This document shows, piece by piece, positions 57,001 through 64,000 of a stretch of DNA of 64,000 nt; position 1 is the first letter of the stretch, and each line of letters opens with the position of its first letter. The stretch is from Blastocladiella emersonii ATCC 22665 (Eukaryota; Fungi; Blastocladiomycota). The stretch is taken from positions 1,953,171-2,017,170 of the forward strand of contig JANHCV010000007.1 of assembly GCA_025594325.1 (NCBI GenBank), read 5' to 3'. The notes beneath the pieces were generated by a model. It did not search any database, was not told the origin of the DNA, and saw only the letters and a list, made by a program, of their open reading frames with translations. Made by a program: the position numbers and the translations under genes.

Positions 57001-60000
57001 CGTGGATCCCGGCGCGCGTTGACGAGAACGGGCCGGGCGGGAGCTTGGCGGCGGCGATGTGGCCCATGCAGTCGTCCGTGACGCCGTTGGCGGCCGCGCG
57101 GCAATCGGCAGCAACGCGCGTGGCCGTGTCGTAGCCGTCGGGCAGCGGGAAGACGGCGGCGGAGCCCGCGCGCGCGACGCCCTCGGGGCCCGGGCGGTCC
57201 ACGTAGTACGAACCGTCCGTGTACGCGATGACGACGTTGCCCGGGGTGGGCATGATCTCGAACCCGACGGCGCGGACAGGATTGACGAGCGCGGCGGCGG
57301 GGCGGGGGCGGGTGTGGCGGAAGACGAGCGGCGGCGCGCCGGCGGGCGCGGGCGGGTCGTCGTCCATGGGCAGCGCGGGCGGGTACATTTCCTGCCCGTG
57401 GCTGATGTCCGTGATCTGGGCGTGGTTGCGGTTCGCCACGTCGAACAGGATCTGGGCGACGTGGCGGTCGTCGGCGTTCATGCGCGCGTTGCCGGTGTCC
57501 GTGAGCGGCACGCGGAACTCCTTGACGAACTGCTGCACGTCCTTGGTTTCCATGCGGCGGAGCATCGGCAGCGTGTACTTGCGCCCGATGAGGCCATCGT
57601 CGTTGTCGGGCGGGTACTCGAGCAGCGTCTCGAGCGTGTACAGGGGCAGCCACCGGATCAGGTTTTTGGTCCAGACGCAGTCCTGGCTCCTCTTGCCGCG
57701 CACCGTCATGTCGGGCGCGACGAGGACCGTGGGCGTGCAGTTGCCGGCGACGATGAGGTTGTAGTTGCGGCGGCGGTCCACGATCGACATCTTGCGCCGC
57801 TGCATGAGCAGCAGCAGGTTGTCGAACCACACGCACGGCAGCTGGTTGGACATGGGCACGAGCGCGAGGTCGGGCCACTCGAGCGGCGAGAACGCGCACT
57901 GCGTCTGGAACTGGAGGATGCCGAGCTTGTAGCGCGCAGGCACGCCGTGCGGGCGCGGGTCGTTGAGCAGGTCGCACAGGTCGGTGACGTGCTGCTGCGT
58001 GATCAGGTCGGCGAGCGAGTGCAGGCCGATGATGTCGCGGTCGTGCAGCATGGCCGTGAGGAACGTGTTGGGCAGCTTGTACTTGCGGCGCACGAGCGCG
58101 CGCGCCGACTGGCCGATGCGGTCAAGCTGCGCGAGCGACGGCACGCGGAACAGCGAGCGGTACGCCGCGGCGGTGAAGAAGACGGCGTTGAGCAGGTACA
58201 CGGCGGCCTTGCCCGTGATGCGGCGGTCCTTGAGCAGGGCGAGGCACGTATTGGCTGCTTCGCGGCCGAGCATGGCGTGGTCAATGAACACGCCCAGGTA
58301 GCGGGACGGCTTGCCGACCCAGGGGACGGAGACGCCGCGCACGACGATGGGCGCGTTCCGCGGGTCGTTGGGCCCGCCCGTGAGCGCGCCGTCGGCCCAC
58401 TTGGAGAGCATGCGGAGGACCGCACCCTTGGCCGGGTTCGCGTTGATGCGCGTGAGCTCGTTGAAGTCGTCCACGATGTCGACGATGCGTTGCAGGTGGT
58501 CGCGGTCCGATGCATAGAAAACGGCGTCGCCCATGTAGGCGACGGCGGCGACGCGGAGCCTGTCGAGCTGGCGGTGCGACGCGCGAAACGTGAACGGCGG
58601 CGCCGCAAACCCGCGGTTGGGCCCGACTTGGCGCAGCCCCGACCCAACCTCGAGCGTGATGCCGAACCCGCGCGCGTCTTCGTCGTGGTCGGCGTCGCCC
58701 GTCTTGACCGTCTCGACCGTGAGCCGGTTGACATCGCACAGGCACACGTCGTAGAAGAGGTTCCACAGCAGCGGCGACCCGACGGCGCCCTGCGGGAACC
58801 CGCGCTCGATGCGGACCTCGTCCGACAGGCCGTACGCCGTGAGCACGCGCGCCGTGCGCCCGTGCAGCATGCCGTCAAAGTAGAAGTCGACGAACTCGGA
58901 CGGCAGCCGGATGCGCCGCATGGCGCGCTTGAGGAGGGCGTGCGGCAACGAGTCGAACGCCTTGGACCTGTCCTCGAAGGAGGCCCACAGTGGAACGTCC
59001 TCGATGCGCGCCTTGGGCGCGGCGGCGTGCAGGATCGCGATCGGCGTCGTCGTGTCGGTGCCCGGGATCGCCGAGTACCGCGCGCCCTGCATGACGTCGT
59101 GCTCGCGCAGGACCGGGTGCAAGCGCTCGAGCAGGATCTTCATGAGCACCTTGGACGCGGTCTCGAGCAGCGTGATGGGGCGCGAGTTGGTCGCGTTGCC
59201 CGTGAACCCAGCGCTCGTCTTGGGGATCAGGTAGATGAGGCCCGTCTTCCACAATGCGGGCGCGGACCGCGTGCGCAGGCACGCCGCGAGCAGGGCGAGC
59301 AGCGCCGTGTGCGTCTTCTCGCCGGCCTGCTCGAGGAGCCGGACCGTGAGCCCGGTGCCGCCGGGCGCCTTGTCCTTGCCCGACGCGGCGAGCACGTCGG
59401 CGAGCTCCTTGTGCGTCGGCGCGGCCATGAGCATGTTCCACACGTTGTCTTTGATGTGCTGGAGCGGCGCAAACACGTCCTGCCACCGGCCGGGCAGCGG
59501 CCGCGCGTTGGGGTCGCCGCCGTCGCCGTCCTCGCAACAGCAGAACCAGCCCTGGACCTGCTCGGCGATGACGCGCTTGACCTTGGTGGGCTCGCGCGTG
59601 GTGGTCGGGCCGTCACCGGCGTCGCTGTCGTCCCCGTTGCCGTCGCCGTTGGGCGGGGCGGGACACTGGACGTGGTCGACGGTCGCCTGCGCGCGCCTGG
59701 TCCGCGTCGCCGAGTCGATGAAACAGCGCAGCTTGTGCTCGAACTGGTCGTCGCGCGCGTCGGTGCGCTCCTCGATGCGGCGGCGGGCCGCGTCCATGTC
59801 GCACGCCGCGCGCGCCGCGATGATGACGCACGTGGTTGTCGCGGGCGAAATTGGCCGCGACCATGCGGTCGAGGAGCACCACGAGGTTGTCGCTGCTGAC
59901 GCGGAGCGGCGCGAGTGCAGGGCTCTGCGCGCTCCAGTCCACCCACGCGGCGAGGAGCGGGCGCCACTGCGCAGTGTGGGGGCGCTCGACCAGGCGGTTG

Positions 60001-60700
60001 GTGGCGGGAGCGATGCGCATCGCGTGGGGCACGAGCGGCGGCGAGGTCCTTGAGCGCGAAAAAGGCGTCGCCTTCGGGCGCGCCACAGACAATCACCGCA
60101 TGCTCGGCGTCTGCGACCGCGAAGTACTCGGCGAGGAGGTGCGCGACAAACCAGCGCGCGCGCAGGATGGGGACGGGCGAGTCGACGAGCGCGTGCAGTG
60201 GACCGCGGGGACGTGCGCGAGCAGGCGGTGCGTGACGTGGAGGACGGCCTTGAGGTTGGCGTGCGCGGCGGGCGACCGGGCAACGGCGCCGGGGGAATCG
60301 CCGCCGAGGAGGTGCAGGGCGACGCAGTCGGTCGGCGGCGCGGCATCCACGTCCATGGCTAGAGAGAGAGGGGGCCGAATTCGGACGTCAGGGACGAGTT
60401 ATGTGGCGGATCGCGCGCGCAGCGAGCGTACCGTTGGCATCCTCAGACGCACCGCTGAGCGAAGCGGTCCGGCGGCGCTTGCCGGGAGCCGACTTGGCGG
60501 GGCTGCGGGAGGGCGACTCGTTCTCGGTGCGGCGTGCACGATACGAGCGGCGAGGTTGAGGACGAGCGGGCGGCGCGCGGCGACCACGGCGCGGGTGAAG
60601 CGCGGGTGAAGCGCGGGTCGACAAGCACGGCGGCGAGCACAGCTGCGAGTGCAGTGATGAGGGCGGCGCGGACTCGGGGAAAATGAAGCGAGGGTGGAGG
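54067..60700 (-). mobile_element. Pseudogenised non-LTR-type RT gene: RT + RNase H + Cys/His Zn finger with long N- and C-terminal extensions
   Basis: RT: IYLIPK, RPITLLE, FEDRSKAFDSL, GFPQGAVGSPLLWNLFYD, YMGD (expected YxDD). RNase HI: YTDGS, STRAGIHA (E lost), YSDSQAA, WARGHA, NNVADRAAK. Zn finger C..C..DTPFHWFQC. Frameshifts near 60200, 60050, 59840, 55490, 55215, 55090 and 54660 (positions approximate); TAG at 55266. The 5' limit is approximate. Confidence 0.85.
60359..60431 (-). other. Canonical 73-nt spliceosomal intron upstream of, and in frame with, the RT ORF
   Basis: Donor GTACGC, branch CTGAC, pyrimidine tract, acceptor TAG. Splicing gives ...SEDANA-MDVDAAPP in frame. The size matches other introns in the window. 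Confidence 0.7.
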
Positions 60701-62199
60701 GAGTGTCCGGGCCAGGCGCAGCTGTCTCACTTGCGGCAGCGGCGAGGACGGTGCAGGCAAGGTGCAAGTTGCGAGAGGTGAGTGCGAGTAGGGAGCACAC
60801 AAGGAGGTGTAGGTGCAGGCACAGAGCGGCGGCGGCGGGAGCGGGTCGCACAACACCAGCCGAAGAGGCTCCTGCCACTTCAATCGCGAGGCCGCGCAGC
60901 TCCTCGTTCCCTCTCCCTCTTCACTCCTTCTCCCTCCCCCCCTGGCTTGGAACGCTGCCACACTCTATGCAACTTGTTGCGAATGATACATGACCTCTCT
61001 TGCTGCAACTTGTTTGCCCTTCCAATGAGACCACGGCGCTGGCCCTGCGCGTTGGGGCGGAACCGTGCGTTGCCGCGTGTACACGGCGCACCGCGGGATG
61101 AGGGCAGTATCGCGTGCGGGACATGGCGCAATCCGCCAACCGTCCGTGAGACAAGGTGGCGGCGTTCGCCGCCAAGACGGCGGGTCGCTCGTTCCTGCTG
61201 CTCCCCGCTGTGTCTACGCAACCATGATACGGCAGCCCTCGCTTGATATCGACCGGGAGTGCGAGCCCGCGGCGCGCACAGCGCTGCGCGACGGGGCTCA
61301 CGCAGGCCGCAGTTGCGCGCCCGCTGCGCCGCAACAAAGCGCGCTCGCCACGCACCTGATCAACCAGTACCCGTCGCGTCGCCGTCCCTTGCAATCGCGG
61401 CCGTGAACCCGCCTCACCCGCTCGCTCGCTCGCTTGTCTCGTTCGCCTGCGCGCTCGTCCCGCCGCCCACGGGCGCGGTCCATTGTTGCGTGTACAGGGA
61501 CCACGTTCTCGTCGCCCTAGGTCCCGCTCGCGCTCGCCGTGGCGCACGTGCCCGTCACACCGACCGCGCGGTGCATCTTCCCGCGCGCACCCGTCGCGTG
61601 ACGCGAGCTCGCCCTGCCCATGTGCTTTTCCCGCCGCGTGCGCCAACTGCCGTCGCGCCCGTCACACCCGTCTGCATGCGCCATTCACCACCGCGTTTGA
61701 CCCATCAGTGCGCGCAACGCCCGCACGCGATTCGACCGAGCGCGTGCAGGGACTGTGCTCGTCGCGTTGTATACGGGAGTAGCGCTGAGGGCAGTGCAGC
61801 GGTGCTGTTCGATGCCGCGTTGCTCGCGGGCATCGCTCCGCCAGCGGTCGTGGTCGTGGGCGTGTCGCTGCTCTTGCGCGCTTATTCTTATCGCGCTTGT
61901 GAGCCCGCGCATATGACTCGCCTGCTAGGTCGACCCGTGCACCCGATTGCGTGACCCGCGCGCCACTGCCATGGCCGTCTGCCTTGATTGCGACTGTGAG
62001 TCCGCCGTCGCGCCGCAAATAGGACGCAATTTGGACAGAGCGCGCGGCGAGTGCGCCCTGAAGCAGCAAAGAGCTACTCGACCTCACGTCAGCCGCGCCG
62101 CGTCAATAGCGAACTGCGTTGCAACCACGCGATCTTCGTGGCGCAACTGCTTGCCGCGTCGCCGGGTGTGTAGATATGCTCCTCCTCGCCCCGCGGCCG

Positions 62200-64000
62200 T
62201 CGCGATTGGACTTGTGAGCCTCTGAGAGCTGTTGTAACGGGATCGGAGACGCTGCATGCGCGACCAACACAGCTGCCTTACTATCAGTCAACTGCTGCAG
62301 CTCAGTACCAGCATCTGCGCCGCGCCTGGCCTCATAGCGGCGGATGTGTTCGCAGCCACGCCCATTAACTTGCAGCGCGTGTGCGCGCTCATCAACGAAT
62401 GCTACAACTGTCACGCGTCCCTATCTCGCAATGCGGTATTGGCGAACGCTTGCGCACTAAACGAACGGCGCGGAGCATCTTTACGCGATTTCCTCGCTGC
62501 TTGGATACGCAAGAGCTGAGCGGGATCACGCGCTCACAGCGCATCTGCGCCCCACACGCCGCGCTCACGCAGCAAATAGAAGCCAGAGCGAAGAGAGAAA
62601 CTTATAATACGGGGTTTTAACGGGGCGTTGATGCCTCAGAAAACGTGTGGGACGTGGCCTGGGATGACGAAGGGGATCGGACCTGGTCAAAGTGCATCTC
62701 AAACCCACGCGCAACGCGAGTCCAAGTGTGTATGGAGCGCGTCATCAACGAGCCAAAACGCGGCCAGAAAGCACAGAAAAGTTGCGCTGGGCAACAAGAG
62801 AGCCATGGGTCGGTCTTGCGCGTGGGAGATAAGCAAAACGTGATTGCAAAGTTCTGCACGCACGCGCGAATGTACACCTCGCGTTTTAAACTGTAGACTC
62901 TTGAGCTGGACGATGGGCCTCTGAGTGGCGGTGCAGACAGTCCATAAATTCTTCAAGACTGCATGACGGATGTAATGCAAGGGGGCTTAAAAAATCGGAC
63001 TTGACAAGAATACGTTGCAGAGCAAGTCAAGGCGGATAAGTGTAGAAAAAGAAAATAGCCACACGGTGCCAGCAATCAACAAGAAGTCGTACTGGGCGAA
63101 GGGAAGGGTGTGAAACTTAAACATAAATAAGGCAAACCGAGTGCTGCGGCGCAAGCGGACTCAAGCAATAATGAGGATTGTGAAGAAATCCCCACGAATC
63201 ATCATCAATGAACCCGCAATACGATACAAATGACTGTCCACAGATAGAACCTGTGCAGAAAAAGGTCGGCGTGGTACGACTTGGTTGCGAATTGCATGAG
63301 TAGCATATATCGTAGACTTGATGCTTCATGAATCCGGAATACCACGACAGCAATCAATGCAAGTGGTAGAGGAGAATAGAAAACGAGAGATTAGAGCAAA
63401 AAACAATGAAATAACAACGCCAAACACACTTTTCAAAATGAACGGCGGAGCGTGGTGAGGATTTCACAGTTCCGACTGCACAATCGTCATGTGTATAATA
63501 TTATAAATGCGCGGCTTATACATTGAGTGTATTTGTAAAGCTGGATCACGAAAAAAGGGAATCTGCCTGAGAAACAATTAATTCAAAATCGTCGCAATTA
63601 CTTTTTCCCCCAGAATCATGTTTTCGCAAGATCTTTTGATGCAGTCCTACCCAATTAAATACGGAGGATCCGAATATGTAATAAAAGGTGGGGTGTGCCA
63701 GCGCGAAATGGCGAGATCTCGGGGTCGGTGTTCGGGCCGCGAAACCAGTTGGGTACTCAGGAGCCCCCCTCTAGACTTGTCCGATTCGGTTTTTCTCGGT
63801 GTTGGATAATATGTTGGGGGTGGGCGCATCTTTTACCCCTTGAACAGTTTCAAAGTGCTATAACATTTTATCGAGAACGGGGCCGAAAACCGGTCCGGCG
63901 ACTCGCGCTCGATGACGGTTATCGGGTCCCGCGGCCCGCAGTTTTGGGCGGGCGCCCGCGGTATGTTCATACAGTATGTGCGCACCGTTCATACGCATCT
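62200..64000. other. Lower-GC island, probably decayed coding or mobile DNA followed by a terminal-like segment
   Basis: Clear drop in GC with A/T runs. A minus-strand frame from about 63350 to 62700 is broken by few lesions but carries no recognised domain. Confidence 0.4.

Noticed and set aside
5279-59899. Long antisense ORFs (5279-6637, 16755-19040, 19239-20942, 25108-27207, 30910-32628, 41736-43769, 57059-59899)
   Set aside because: They are shadows of real genes on the opposite strand, expected with extreme GC3 bias, and carry no motifs.
11202-60700. Frameshifts as sequencing errors
   Set aside because: They cluster in the two element-like genes while several multi-kb housekeeping ORFs are clean. 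Real decay is more likely, although reads were not available.

Overview
GC-rich (roughly 70%) eukaryotic DNA with short spliceosomal introns (mostly 60-160 nt; GTRYGY donors, CTRAC branch points, YAG acceptors). The gene content (myosin-motor chitin synthase, subfamily-III CHD remodeler) points to an early-diverging fungus; this is inference. Apparently intact genes: M18 aspartyl aminopeptidase (-), a ~940-aa vWA/MIDAS protein (-), myosin-chitin synthase (-), CHD6-9-like remodeler (-), ABCC/MRP transporter (+) and a CAMK-type kinase (+). Also present are a truncated ATR/Mec1-like PIKK (+, 5' end uncertain) and a TopBP1-like tandem-BRCT gene (+, one splice junction unresolved). Decayed or mobile DNA: a ~4.2-kb non-coding block duplicated essentially exactly (1-4224 and 49213-53436) within a nested repeat family; a shattered ~1000-aa Zn-repeat plus PD-(D/E)XK nuclease gene of giant-virus-like type lying next to a duplicated chitin-synthase 3' fragment; and a pseudogenised >2000-aa RT-RNase H-Zn finger ORF with a canonical spliceosomal intron, a long C-terminal extension and no visible endonuclease. 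The best leads are the co-oriented kinase / mini-ATR / TopBP1-like BRCT cluster and the intron-bearing RT gene. No rRNA, tRNA or CRISPR array was recognised. All domain calls are from reading motifs by eye; no searches were run.
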